IMG/VR virus record: IMGVR_UViG_3300035180_001344
Location: 1,095-65,094 of that record
Direction: 5' to 3' (one strand)
Length of the DNA stretch: 64,000 nt
DNA from: a virus
Lineage: Duplodnaviria; Caudoviricetes
Part shown: positions 20,596 through 30,696 of the stretch, piece after piece
Layout of the letters: each line of letters starts with the position of its first letter
How positions within the stretch are numbered: the first letter of the stretch is position 1
Position numbers and translations under genes: made by a program
The notes under the pieces: generated by a model
Seen by the model: only the letters and a program-made list of their open reading frames with translations
The model's database searches: none
What the model was told of the DNA's origin: nothing

Positions 20596-20978
20596 ACGGA
20601 TACGAAGCATTTGTATTGGACAACGGGAGTCGAGAGCTGTTAAACGTTCTCGCCCCTCCAAAATTCCCCACGTGGATTGGACATCATATCACTCATCGAT
20701 TCCCCGCAGTTCGTATGTTCAACGTGCCTTACGGCGAACAAACGACGGGGGACTTTGAGGTGGTTGGATACGCCGTTGAGCGTGGGTTGGAGGCTTGGGT
20801 TATTGCCGTTCGCGGCAATATCATTCGGCCTGATGGTGGCACTTACCACTTGACGTGGTCGCTTGACCGTGAGCTGGGAAAGAGGCCGTACCACAGCAAT
20901 GCGTTGATTAGGAACGAAGGCTTCACAGCTGTCGAACCTATTCGTCTCTACGCAGCGTTTGACTTTGTCAGTCAATAA
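20592..20978 (+). CDS. 2H phosphoesterase-like protein
   Basis: Two HxT motifs (HIT, HLT). Confidence 0.65.
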   Translation: MNGYEAFVLDNGSRELLNVLAPPKFPTWIGHHITHRFPAVRMFNVPYGEQTTGDFEVVGYAVERGLEAWVIAVRGNIIRPDGGTYHLTWSLDRELGKRPYHSNALIRNEGFTAVEPIRLYAAFDFVSQ

Positions 20979-21223
20979 TCATCATCAGACCGGCGCTTGC
21001 CGGTTCTGATGATCGGTTCATATTCATCGACGTCTTCTGCTTCCAGCTTCTCAACAAACAATCCCCACGCTTGAAGGTCAAGAAACTCTTTACCTTCGCA
21101 GTGATCCCAAACCGTTCCATCAGTATCGACTTCAATGTCGTACTGTTGTTCGAGCTCTTCTATTGACATGCACTCGATGTCATGCATCACATTGTGTTGG
21201 TGATGCGTATAGTGCTTGGTCAT
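20972..21223 (-). CDS. hypothetical acidic protein
   Basis: GGAGG SD before MTKHY. Confidence 0.7.
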   Translation of the reverse strand: MTKHYTHHQHNVMHDIECMSIEELEQQYDIEVDTDGTVWDHCEGKEFLDLQAWGLFVEKLEAEDVDEYEPIIRTGKRRSDDDY

Positions 21224-21264
21224 TCTACCTCCTGTGACATAGCTGTTATTTATTACGCCTGGGA

Positions 21265-22614
21265 TCACGCCGCGTAAATCCCCTTCATGTATTTTCCTAA
21301 TACATCTTGCAATTCATTGATGTATACCTTCTTGCGCTTGTCTTCGGAGGCCAGCATATCGAGGTACTCTTGGAGTTGTGCCTCACCATCAACGATCCGT
21401 TGTTCATTCTTGACTCGTTCTTCTTCCGTGAACCGATAGATTGGCAAATCAGCAATGTAGTCAACGTGTACAATTTTCAGCTCCGCCAAGCATTCTTTCA
21501 GCTCACTGCGCGATTCAATCTTCCGAGCCAAGGCACTGACGTTGTTCTTAATTGCACACCGAATGTCATAGTACCGTTGTAGATCGAGTTTCAAGATATC
21601 ACGCAGCCGTTCATATCTTTGCACGTACCATCCCAACCGCCACGTTGTGAATGCTCGAATCATTTCCACTGGTGTGGTGTTCCATACAGCCTTACCAGTG
21701 AAATCCAGGATGTTCAAGTTCTCAATATGGCGAACTGTTAACCCAAGTGTACGAAGCAAGTCTTCTTCGCTCACTGACTTGATGTAGCCGCGCCGAAACT
21801 TCAACTCAATGTTGATTATGTTCTTTGAGCGATCGGTGTAATCAACAAGAACGTCTCTCTCAATCAGATCATCGAGCTTTGCAATCACTTTGGTGTGTGT
21901 TTGACCGTACGGTAGCTTGACAATGAACGCTGTTGACGTGTCCTTGATCGTTAACTCACCATTGAAGTAGTACGCAATCCCTCTTTCCGTTTCTTCCGTA
22001 GCAAATGCGACAGTGTTTAGCGGCATGAACTTTGGCATCGGGTTAGAGATCGTTTTCGCACCTTTCAAATGTGCAATCTGTCCAAGGATGAGATCATCAA
22101 GAGCCCGAGGCAAAATGTTTGTAGCAAATCCAACTGCAATCCCTTCTGCTGGGTTTAGCAATGCAACTGGAATCAGTGGAAGAAAGTGAACAGGTTCCTG
22201 CAAAGTACCGTCATAGTTTTCTGTCATCGGCACAATCTCAATGTCACGAAACACAACGTCATCAGTGAACGTAGACGTAGTTACGGAGGTATACCGGCTT
22301 GCACCATATGCAGTAGGATTCAATAGCGTGCCGAAAGCGCCATCTCCCTTGAACAATGGGATGTTATTTCCGTACGGAGCTGCAAGTGTATCAATTGCAC
22401 CTTCTGGTGATGCATGTGGGTGGATCGGCATTGTTGCACCAGCAAGAGTCGCACTCTTGTACTTCTTTCCATCACGGGCTGTCCATAGAGCTCGGCGCCC
22501 GCCAGCCTTCAATCCATCTGTTGCTGCGGGTAATGCCCGCATCTGCATTACATACAAAGAGTAGGCGTGTCGTTGTTCGTTGATGTAGGGAGATGATTCA
22601 GATTTTCTGGCCAT
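21265..22614 (-). CDS. type II topoisomerase, GyrA/ParC-like subunit (gp52)
   Basis: DGLK, HPH, ASRYT catalytic Tyr, GIAVGFAT. Confidence 0.93.
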   Translation of the reverse strand: MARKSESSPYINEQRHAYSLYVMQMRALPAATDGLKAGGRRALWTARDGKKYKSATLAGATMPIHPHASPEGAIDTLAAPYGNNIPLFKGDGAFGTLLNPTAYGASRYTSVTTSTFTDDVVFRDIEIVPMTENYDGTLQEPVHFLPLIPVALLNPAEGIAVGFATNILPRALDDLILGQIAHLKGAKTISNPMPKFMPLNTVAFATEETERGIAYYFNGELTIKDTSTAFIVKLPYGQTHTKVIAKLDDLIERDVLVDYTDRSKNIINIELKFRRGYIKSVSEEDLLRTLGLTVRHIENLNILDFTGKAVWNTTPVEMIRAFTTWRLGWYVQRYERLRDILKLDLQRYYDIRCAIKNNVSALARKIESRSELKECLAELKIVHVDYIADLPIYRFTEEERVKNEQRIVDGEAQLQEYLDMLASEDKRKKVYINELQDVLGKYMKGIYAA

Positions 22615-23303
22615 TATTTGGTCTCTAAATAGTTACGAGCACGATCACACACTTCAAGCAAGTTAATAGGCGCACATTCCGTGTGCTCAACGCAAATGTT
22701 GATATTCCAGGGGTTAGCAACATTTTGGTGGATGTGTCCATGCACGTTAACACATCCTGACGGAACACTATCCATTGGATAGTGCGTGAAATGCAACTGA
22801 TATTCGTACCCGTCGGGCTCACGAATATCAACAACCATACACAAGTATCGTTCATCAAAATCAAGGTTGTACAACGTTCCGTCGCGATGCATATCGTGGT
22901 TACCAACAATTTGAATCTTATGGCCTGGAAGGCTTCGTAGAATTCCGTTGATCTCATGCTCGCCCATAAATCCAATGTCACCACCCCAAATGCAGATATC
23001 ATTTGGGTGCACGATTCTGTGATAGTTTCCAATCATTGCAGAGTTCATCTCGTGCTTGTCAGCAAACGGCCGATGCGGTGCAGTATACTTGATGATGTTG
23101 TTGTGTCCGAAGTGAATATCACTCCACACCCATACCATTTGAGTGTATGGATTGATTGGTTTTGCCACTGTCTTGACGTACGGAGTAATTGCTTTCCAGT
23201 TGTCAATCTTGCGAACCTTTGGTGTGTCACGTCCGTGGAACGTGTCAGGATTGCCCAAATCTTTCAAGTAGTTCAGGCGTAGTGTTTCGTTTGTAATTTT
23301 CAT
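22614..23303 (-). CDS. calcineurin-like metallophosphoesterase
   Basis: SDIHFGH, GD, GNHD, HGHIH. Confidence 0.9.
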   Translation of the reverse strand: MKITNETLRLNYLKDLGNPDTFHGRDTPKVRKIDNWKAITPYVKTVAKPINPYTQMVWVWSDIHFGHNNIIKYTAPHRPFADKHEMNSAMIGNYHRIVHPNDICIWGGDIGFMGEHEINGILRSLPGHKIQIVGNHDMHRDGTLYNLDFDERYLCMVVDIREPDGYEYQLHFTHYPMDSVPSGCVNVHGHIHQNVANPWNINICVEHTECAPINLLEVCDRARNYLETK

Positions 23304-23397
23304 AGATCAGGATCTTCCCCGTTAACCCAATAATGAGTCCACAGGGCAGCTTCGCCCATAAGTTCCCATGATTCAGCTAACCAGGCCAGGAGTTTAG

Positions 23398-25290
23398 TTA
23401 TGTAGTTAGCCATGCTTTTCGCGCATCAGCATTGTTTCCAAACAACAGTTCAAGCACTTCGTGCATGTGACCGTCGTCAATGATTGGAATTAGTGTATCG
23501 CTCTTTCCTGACAGGATCATTTCCCAATCTTCCGGAGCCATGGAACCTAATCCCTTATAGTACCGAACCTCGTAGCCCTTGTACTTGTCTTTGACTTTCT
23601 CGTAGTCAGCACGTCGTGTAAAGTGGATTCGTTGTTTTCCTTTCACTACGCACACGTTCGGCGCAACAAGACGAAGAATGATCGGTGGATACTTCTTGTC
23701 AAATAGTTCAGGCCAAAAATGGAAGAACAAGTTGGTCAACAACGTAAAGATATCGTCTCCGTCATAGTCAGCATCCGTTGCAACGACGATCTGTCCGTAA
23801 TTGAGATCGCTTCGTATTGCTCGTTTGCCTGGCGTAAGACCGATTGCCAAAAGCAAGTCGGTAATCTTCCCCATCTTCAATGCTTGGGCAGGTGTAGTTC
23901 CGTATACGTTGTTGATTTTCCCTGTTAGGGCGTACGCAGCAGTTGTTTCTGGATCACGGACTTCGCAAATTTGACTTTGAGCAGACTCACCTTCGGTGAT
24001 CAGAACCCGACACGAGCTACGATCTTTGTTTGTAGCGTCAAGCAAACCAGCAACACGCTTCGTTAGTTTCTTTGCGTGATCGTCAATCGCCTTCTTGTTT
24101 GCCTGTTTGTGATGCCGATCATTGGCACGTTCCAATACATCAGCTAACCATTGTTCTGTCCGCTTGGAAAACATTTTCCACTGTGCATCAATCATGCCAG
24201 TGATTTCTTTGCGGAGGTCTGGGCCGGTGAGCCGAGTCTTTGCCTGACTGTCATACTCGGGGTTCTTGATTTTCAAGTTTGCAAGGACCAGCAACCCTTG
24301 ACGAGCATCGTTTCTGGTGACTTCCGTCTTTGTTTTCTTTGCTTCTTTTTCAAGATGCGTGTAAACACGGTCAAATAGAGCGTTGAAAAACTGCGTATTG
24401 CATTTACCACCGTCAAACAGCAGCGAGCTATTTACCCACGTATACATTTGCTCATCAATGCCTTCATGTGCATTGACAACGACAAACACTTCACCAGTGA
24501 TATTTGGTTCATTGATTTCGAAACAATAGAACACCTTGTCACCAGCAATTTGCGCTACAAGATCAATCAATCCCTTCTTAAACCGATAACGTGTACCGTT
24601 ATATTCTACGGTAACATCAGGGTTTGTCATTGCAATTTCGATTGCTCGATTGCGGATCAATTCCTCAGGGAGAGCGATATTCTTAAACACCAGTGGATCA
24701 AGCTGGAACGTAATTTGTGTTCCTGTGTTTGTCGTTGTGGTTTGATTGACCTTGGGATTGGATACTTTATCTGCACCATCAACAAACCGCTGGAAGTACT
24801 TCTTACCGTCACGGTGAATGGTAACATCAAATTCACTTGAACAGTAATTCGTACACGCTGCTCCAACCCCGTTTTGGCCGATTACGCCTACTTCCTTATC
24901 GTCAGTGAAGTTGCGCCCAGCTTTCAAACTACCAAGTGCAACTTCCGGCGTACGCTTGCCAGTAGCATGCATATCAATTGGGATGCCTCGGCCGTTGTCA
25001 CTAACGGAATACCAACCAGTATCCGGCCGGGCATCAAATTTCAATAGCTTGATCTTTGAGGTCAGATGTGAGAATTCATCAAGAGCGTTATCAACAACTT
25101 CACCAATAGCTTTGTACACAGCTGGGATGAATTCTACTTGCTTGATCTGAAACTTATCTTCTGTCAGCAGGGGAATCCCGTATACAACAGGATGCATATT
25201 GCCGAGGTAGATTTGCGTACGCAACCGTACGTGTTCACGATCTGATAGCGCCTGGATGTCTGCGCCAGTGTACTTCTTATCCTTTGCCAT
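23398..25290 (-). CDS. type II topoisomerase, GyrB/ParE-like subunit (gp39+60)
   Basis: EVVDNALDE, DNGRGIP, GQNGVG, TEGESA, DADYDG, YYKGLG. Confidence 0.95.
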   Translation of the reverse strand: MAKDKKYTGADIQALSDREHVRLRTQIYLGNMHPVVYGIPLLTEDKFQIKQVEFIPAVYKAIGEVVDNALDEFSHLTSKIKLLKFDARPDTGWYSVSDNGRGIPIDMHATGKRTPEVALGSLKAGRNFTDDKEVGVIGQNGVGAACTNYCSSEFDVTIHRDGKKYFQRFVDGADKVSNPKVNQTTTTNTGTQITFQLDPLVFKNIALPEELIRNRAIEIAMTNPDVTVEYNGTRYRFKKGLIDLVAQIAGDKVFYCFEINEPNITGEVFVVVNAHEGIDEQMYTWVNSSLLFDGGKCNTQFFNALFDRVYTHLEKEAKKTKTEVTRNDARQGLLVLANLKIKNPEYDSQAKTRLTGPDLRKEITGMIDAQWKMFSKRTEQWLADVLERANDRHHKQANKKAIDDHAKKLTKRVAGLLDATNKDRSSCRVLITEGESAQSQICEVRDPETTAAYALTGKINNVYGTTPAQALKMGKITDLLLAIGLTPGKRAIRSDLNYGQIVVATDADYDGDDIFTLLTNLFFHFWPELFDKKYPPIILRLVAPNVCVVKGKQRIHFTRRADYEKVKDKYKGYEVRYYKGLGSMAPEDWEMILSGKSDTLIPIIDDGHMHEVLELLFGNNADARKAWLTT

Positions 25291-25301
25291 GAAATTCCTT
25301 G

Positions 25302-25550
25302 TTACTTTTGATTTGACTTATTATCGATCAAAGAGTTAAGATCCTGCAACGCTGTATGCAATGCTCCGTAAATGTTCAGCATTGATTTGGTGGCATTTGG
25401 ACCAATAAATCCATGCAATCTCGACAGCTTGTCAAGCACAAGTTCTTGTTGAACTGCAAGTTCGCTGATGGTCATTGATGGCCATAAATCTGACCGCAAG
25501 TTCTTTGTAGGATCAGTATCAGGATTAACGGAGGTGTTCATCGTCAGCAA
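25302..25550 (-). CDS. hypothetical protein
   Basis: In-operon ORF. Confidence 0.6.
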   Translation of the reverse strand: MLTMNTSVNPDTDPTKNLRSDLWPSMTISELAVQQELVLDKLSRLHGFIGPNATKSMLNIYGALHTALQDLNSLIDNKSNQK

Positions 25551-25983
25551 TTGAAATTGATAAGTTTAACCCTGTTGTTCGCTTGATTCTTGGCATCCAT
25601 TTGAAGAAGTTTTTGCCATGCGTCATACGGTGGTCATTGTGATGTTCCCAAGTGTGCACCATTTCATGAACTAAGATGGAAAGCAACAATCTACGCGAAG
25701 TAAGGGTTGGTTGAATGGTAATTTTTACATTTCCATATTTTCTGGGATGTGCCCATGCATATGTAGTGTGGTGTTTTACCAATGTTATTGTCTTTGGTTT
25801 AGGTAGTTTACCATAAAACACCGCAACATTCAACATTCTCCACCAATATTTGATTATTCGTTCTGAAACTACAACTGGTTGCTTACCTCTTGCCCGAAGG
25901 TGATGTTTTATGCGCAACCTTGCCGCGTGATGGTCCAGAATCACAATAAATTCCAAGTTGAGTTTCAGCAGTGAACCGATCAC
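25525..25983 (-). CDS. SprT-like zinc metalloprotease (start uncertain)
   Basis: HEMVH...HGKNF. Confidence 0.8.
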   Translation of the reverse strand: MIGSLLKLNLEFIVILDHHAARLRIKHHLRARGKQPVVVSERIIKYWWRMLNVAVFYGKLPKPKTITLVKHHTTYAWAHPRKYGNVKITIQPTLTSRRLLLSILVHEMVHTWEHHNDHRMTHGKNFFKWMPRIKRTTGLNLSISIADDEHLR

Positions 25984-26956
25984 TACTGGTATGTTGGATG
26001 ATTGTCATTCTCGTGTACAACTCGCCGTATTTCAGTATTGCATCGTTAACATCCTTGCACGAGCCAATATCAGGAGTGCTGATAGCCCATCCAAGATCCA
26101 ACGCCTGCTTTGCTAACAAATGACCATCACCGAACTTATCCGGAATTACCACTTTTGGTCTTGTGGACATGTTAATCCACCGAACCTGATTAGGGGTCAT
26201 TTTATTACCGTATACTGCCACACCTTCAAGATGAAACGCATCAAACCATCCCTCTACAATATATAGTGGATCTTCAACATAACGTTCGATTTGTTCGTAT
26301 CCGTTTAGAATGCTCTCACGCGCCACATTTGGACTCAAATACTTCTTCACGTGCATGTCGGTTAAATCTCGACCTTGCCAGAACACCAATTTGTTACCCT
26401 TATATGTTGGAATGATTAGACGTCCGTACCACCGACTGTTGTCAGGATGGTCGGCTTTGGCGACCAAGTAGAATGGATATTTCTTCCAATCTACCTTACG
26501 GCTTGCCAGGTATTCAATTGCATATTGTGCAAAGTCATCAGTTGGATCATCCGTTAACTTGTAGAAGAAAGACGGAAAATGAATCTCTGCTGGCTCAATG
26601 CTGACGTAAGATGCTGCTTTTGACGGGATCCCACCAGCTTCCCGCAGTTCCAAACCATGATACAAAGCAGCTTGCCAATCCGTCTCTGGAATCCCAAATG
26701 CTTCCAATACTGAGACCATATCATGTGGCATTGTTTCATGCTTCGTGGGGTCGTATCCAGCGCCAAGCCCACAGTTGAAGCAATTGTATCCAACAGTCTC
26801 ACCGGTAAATTTGAAGCCAGCTCTTTTACCCTTTTTACCGTGATCCCCACAGACCTTACACAACACAGCATAGAATCCCTGGCCATTTGACCGAGAAGGT
26901 AGATTGATGTGTTGTCTAATGATTTGTTGTAGGGTGGGAGATTCCATAGCTTCCAC
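25883..26956 (-). CDS. DNA primase (gp61-like)
   Basis: CKVCGD...CFNC Zn finger, WQGR, VEGWFD TOPRIM, KDVND. Confidence 0.9.
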   Translation of the reverse strand: MEAMESPTLQQIIRQHINLPSRSNGQGFYAVLCKVCGDHGKKGKRAGFKFTGETVGYNCFNCGLGAGYDPTKHETMPHDMVSVLEAFGIPETDWQAALYHGLELREAGGIPSKAASYVSIEPAEIHFPSFFYKLTDDPTDDFAQYAIEYLASRKVDWKKYPFYLVAKADHPDNSRWYGRLIIPTYKGNKLVFWQGRDLTDMHVKKYLSPNVARESILNGYEQIERYVEDPLYIVEGWFDAFHLEGVAVYGNKMTPNQVRWINMSTRPKVVIPDKFGDGHLLAKQALDLGWAISTPDIGSCKDVNDAILKYGELYTRMTIIQHTSSDRFTAETQLGIYCDSGPSRGKVAHKTSPSGKR

Positions 26957-26979
26957 CTTACATCATTTCCTAATAACGG

Positions 26980-27792
26980 TCAATCAGTTGCTGCTTTCTT
27001 CAACTTGTCTGTTGCACGAGCTGGACCCTTACGATAGCCCTTTGGGTTTGGTGCTTTTGGTGCTTTTGGTGCTTTTGGTGGAGGGTCTAATTTTGCCAAG
27101 AGCTTTGTTGCATCTTCCAACACCTTTTTGGTTGAGACAATCAATTCCTGCTTGTCTTCTGCTGCCTCTTTTTTAGACATGATTGCGACCATATTTTCAA
27201 GGCGAACCTTAATCTCAGGTGTTTGCATCCACATATCTTCACCCTTGACAATTCGGTTGAATTCATCTTGTGACAAGAATGGGATATAGATGTCCTCTGC
27301 AAGCGCCTGAAACCATTTCACTGTTGCTTCAAGTTCAGACACCATTTCATTGCCTTTACCAATCAGTCCACCGTTGAAGTTGTGGAACATCATGACACAG
27401 TGCTCATTCACTACCATCTCGTCTCCCGACAGGAAGATTAGCGTTCCCAGTGAGTGTGCCATACTTTCCAACACAGTAACAATCTTTGCAGCTGAATTGG
27501 TCATAGCGTTGATTAGTTGCACACCGGTATCCAACTGTCCACCAGGGGTGTTAAGGTGGATAAAGATCACATCTGCTGAACTTGCTGTTGTGATCTTGTG
27601 AATCATGTCGGTGTAACCTTCTGGTTCACCAATCGCTTTGCTCAGATAAAAATGTGTATGTTGTGCAGAAAATACTTGATCAAACTGCTTGTACGGTTTC
27701 TTTTCCAGCTCTCCAAAAGGAAATTTGAGGTCATCTTGGTCTTCTTCTTCATCATGCTGACGAGGCTTTGCATAGACGGTTTTGTATCTCAT
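26980..27792 (-). CDS. clpP: ClpP-like serine protease
   Basis: LNTPGG, AHSLG, MFH; basic PKA-repeat tail. Confidence 0.8.
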   Translation of the reverse strand: MRYKTVYAKPRQHDEEEDQDDLKFPFGELEKKPYKQFDQVFSAQHTHFYLSKAIGEPEGYTDMIHKITTASSADVIFIHLNTPGGQLDTGVQLINAMTNSAAKIVTVLESMAHSLGTLIFLSGDEMVVNEHCVMMFHNFNGGLIGKGNEMVSELEATVKWFQALAEDIYIPFLSQDEFNRIVKGEDMWMQTPEIKVRLENMVAIMSKKEAAEDKQELIVSTKKVLEDATKLLAKLDPPPKAPKAPKAPNPKGYRKGPARATDKLKKAATD

Positions 27793-27850
27793 ATGTCTCC
27801 CTATGTTATGACAATTCACCCGTATTTACTGCAACACTGCCAGGGGGAAC

Positions 27851-28741
27851 TTAGGTAAACTGGTGAGGGGCAAATCCAATAATATCCTTAGGTCGAATTC
27901 CACTAAGAATCAATTGTTTGATAGCATCCGCAATTGAATGGCCTGTCACAATGTTATCATCAACAATCATTACGTACGCATCTCGTAGCGCCGATGAGTT
28001 AGGATTATCACTCATTTGGATTGTGTTATAGTATGCCCTTCCATATAAGGATTGAGGAGCATCCATTTGTTTCTTGCGTGAATATGTTTTCAATGCTTTT
28101 TCAGCAGCAATGCGTTGAGTTTCAAGCTTTTCCCATGCATCAACGTCGTCTCGTTCGGCTGCTGCATCAACTTGGGCAACTAACGCATTATATTTTGCCT
28201 TCTCCGCAGCAAAATCATATGCGACACCTCTTTGATTCCTTACCAAGTGGTGTGAAAGTGACGGATATGGATTCTTCTTAAATGCGTCAACAATTTGAGC
28301 TCCTGACAGTTTTGAAATCGCCGCTGCAACCAGTTGAGGAGTTGGTGATGAAGACGGCATCGGAACAACGATGAATTTACCAGTTCGCATCCAATTTTGG
28401 AACTGTGAAACAGCGACTCGCGATTGCTCCCACTTGTGATTCATTGTTTTGGTAGAAGTTCGCTGTGCGACTGATATTGCGTCGTTGATCATATCCTCAA
28501 CGTCTTGTATCCGCTCTTCATTGCCAGCTCGTAATTTTAGCCGATCTTGTACAGGGAGATTGTCCTTTGTTGGTTCCTGAAATGCGTATACCACATATAC
28601 GTCACGAACCTCTGGTGGGATTCCTGCTTGCTTAAATATCACCTCTTCTTCGGGTGTAGGAAGTACACGAACGCGGTGAGCTGCCACATTGGGTTTGAAT
28701 TTAAGAGCATCACTGGGTGAAAGTAGTTCAAGCAATAACAT
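27851..28741 (-). CDS. protein with type I phosphoribosyltransferase-like domain
   Basis: VMIVDDNIVTGHSI PRPP-binding loop; VPMPSS; TAAATA upstream. Confidence 0.6.
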   Translation of the reverse strand: MLLLELLSPSDALKFKPNVAAHRVRVLPTPEEEVIFKQAGIPPEVRDVYVVYAFQEPTKDNLPVQDRLKLRAGNEERIQDVEDMINDAISVAQRTSTKTMNHKWEQSRVAVSQFQNWMRTGKFIVVPMPSSSPTPQLVAAAISKLSGAQIVDAFKKNPYPSLSHHLVRNQRGVAYDFAAEKAKYNALVAQVDAAAERDDVDAWEKLETQRIAAEKALKTYSRKKQMDAPQSLYGRAYYNTIQMSDNPNSSALRDAYVMIVDDNIVTGHSIADAIKQLILSGIRPKDIIGFAPHQFT

Positions 28742-28784
28742 ACGTAAGTCCTGTTGATTCACGTATTTATAAGATCAATAACGG

Positions 28785-28807
28785 AAAGGGGCGCCCGAAA
28801 GCGCCCC
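28785..28807 (-). terminator. terminator after tmRNA
   Basis: GGGGCGC-TTTCGG-GCGCCCC-TTT on minus strand. Confidence 0.75.
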
Positions 28808-29175
28808 GATCTTGGATGATTTGATGAGAAGGTTATCCTGACCTCCCGCCGTACAGGTTTTTAAGCTGCGAGGGCGTAAACGTTTTCGTTTGCGTTTATG
28901 TGTTTTGCTTGATTAACGGTCATCGCCTACCGTGTTGTCCACTTCAATACTCACCGCCCAATCGATAGCCTGGTCGCCCCCATCAAAAAGACTCTTATCC
29001 TGATCACGCCACCTTGGTGACAAACTGTAATTAAACAAGTTTAGCGGCGGTATGTAATCGTCCCACTGTTCCAATCAAAATCCTTTTGGTGGAGGCGGCG
29101 GGAATCGAACCCGCGTCTTGAACTCTTTCTATCTGCTTCTTTCTTCAAGATTGCTCTTAAAGCTTTCACAACAGT
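28808..29175 (-). ncRNA. ssrA: circularly permuted (two-piece) tmRNA
   Basis: T-arm/acceptor 3' end GCGGGTTCGATTCCCGCCGCCTCCACCA (ends 29087) lies upstream of the 5' acceptor strand GGGGGCG (28981); G3:U70 pair; tag ANENVYALAA* at 28893-28861. Outer ends approximate. Confidence 0.93.
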
Positions 29176-29183
29176 AATGGTAT

Positions 29184-29396
29184 TTACTCTGATTCGTCAG
29201 AAAAAGTCAACATCTCACGAACTTGCTGCTTGCCAGCATCTCGTTGATGTTTGTGAAGTTGTCGTTTGATTCGACGCCTTGCGGTGCGTATGTGTTTTCT
29301 AACATCAGCAGCGTGTGTATCACCAAGTTGATCAAACTGTTCTTGCAGCAATTGTTCTTTCTTGTCCAATGGAACCTTCATTGAAAGTCTCCTCAA
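29184..29396 (-). CDS. hypothetical basic protein
   Basis: In-operon ORF; start uncertain. Confidence 0.55.
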   Translation of the reverse strand: MRRLSMKVPLDKKEQLLQEQFDQLGDTHAADVRKHIRTARRRIKRQLHKHQRDAGKQQVREMLTFSDESE

Positions 29397-30354
29397 CTGT
29401 AAAAAACGTGATCATCTTCTCATCATTAGGATCGTGTTGACTTTGAACAATTGGACAATCATCACATGTCCATTTATAATCGCAGTCGTACTCGCCCCAG
29501 TAATCCCTTGTGCCAATACATCCAGCTTTAAGGATTCGCTCGTATGCTGGTGTATCGGGATCCGGAACAATCTCGTCGTCATTGAACGCGCATTCCAAAG
29601 CGTCAACGAGCTTTTGGATGTCAGCAGCATAGAAGCCACATGAGTTTAGCGTGTTGATTTCAACAATTTTGATTCCATCAGGTGTATCACAAACGTCAAT
29701 AACAAACGCTTCATGCGGTTCCCATTCGGCTACACGAAGCTTCACATATTCATCGAACCGGACATCAACCTCGTCGCTGTACATCACCTTATCACCGCGT
29801 TTGTACAGCGACTTCGTCACAATCTTGCCCTTGACAATCCAAAACCGGTATTCAGCAAAGATCACTTTCGGATTACAAACCTGCACCAGTGTGTCTTTTG
29901 TCAATGAGTTGCCGTAATCATGCTCCAACACAACAACTTTGCGCTTCCACTCGTAGAATTCGTCCTTAGTAAACACATTACCAGCGAATACCTTGCTGTC
30001 TTCAATGGGACGAATGAACATCAACTCTTGATCAAAGTTGACATCCTTGAACGCACATACTTGTGCGTCTGCATTGAGCATATGTTCGCCCCAGTGCTGC
30101 ATTTGAACGGTAAAGTTCTCTTGTTCGAGGTCAAACACACCTGGCTCCCACTGATACTTATTCGCCGCGTGACGCAGGGAATACGACCCCATACAAATAG
30201 CGTTATAGTGGGATAATTCAGGTTCAGGAATGAGCTCACCAACAAACGGTACAACCTTGTGGATTGAGTACGGGAGCTCCATTCGTTCGAGGGTGTCAAG
30301 GAGTACTTGGTACGCCTCCTCGTTGAACAGGTTGTTTTGTAGAATCCAATGCAT
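29332..30354 (-). CDS. ATP-grasp domain protein (DUF4343/R2K-like)
   Basis: FIRP...KVFAG, EYRFWIV, FVIDV, IVEIN..GFY. Confidence 0.8.
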   Translation of the reverse strand: MHWILQNNLFNEEAYQVLLDTLERMELPYSIHKVVPFVGELIPEPELSHYNAICMGSYSLRHAANKYQWEPGVFDLEQENFTVQMQHWGEHMLNADAQVCAFKDVNFDQELMFIRPIEDSKVFAGNVFTKDEFYEWKRKVVVLEHDYGNSLTKDTLVQVCNPKVIFAEYRFWIVKGKIVTKSLYKRGDKVMYSDEVDVRFDEYVKLRVAEWEPHEAFVIDVCDTPDGIKIVEINTLNSCGFYAADIQKLVDALECAFNDDEIVPDPDTPAYERILKAGCIGTRDYWGEYDCDYKWTCDDCPIVQSQHDPNDEKMITFFTVEETFNEGSIGQERTIAARTV

Positions 30355-30556
30355 CTTTGCTCCGTTGTATTAGTTGTACCAATGTCTGACGCTTTTGATC
30401 ATCAGACATTGTACGCCAGTTTGTAATTTCTTCTAACGTACGATAGCACCCACTACAAATTCGATCAACTGGATCAATTTTACACTTCTTGATGCATGGA
30501 CTCTGGACAAGTGTGGGGGTCAAGTTTAGATGTCCAACCGTATTGTAATGGTTCAT
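30296..30556 (-). CDS. DUF1289-like Cys-rich protein
   Basis: SPCIKKC...CSGCYRTLEEITNW. Confidence 0.8.
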   Translation of the reverse strand: MNHYNTVGHLNLTPTLVQSPCIKKCKIDPVDRICSGCYRTLEEITNWRTMSDDQKRQTLVQLIQRSKDALDSTKQPVQRGGVPSTP

Positions 30557-30696
30557 GTTCTACAAACGTAAGAATTGAATTAACTAACTCAAAGCAAGTA
30601 GGACAAAAACCCGCCGGCCTCGTGTCTCTCCAAGAGTATTTGTTTGTGGGATTTTAATTTCACCACCAGCTACTTTATGGGATTCAAGCCAGGTAA

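Noticed and set aside
27052-27079. 9-bp repeat x3 in clpP-like gene
   Set aside because: Simply encodes the low-complexity PKAPKAPKA tail
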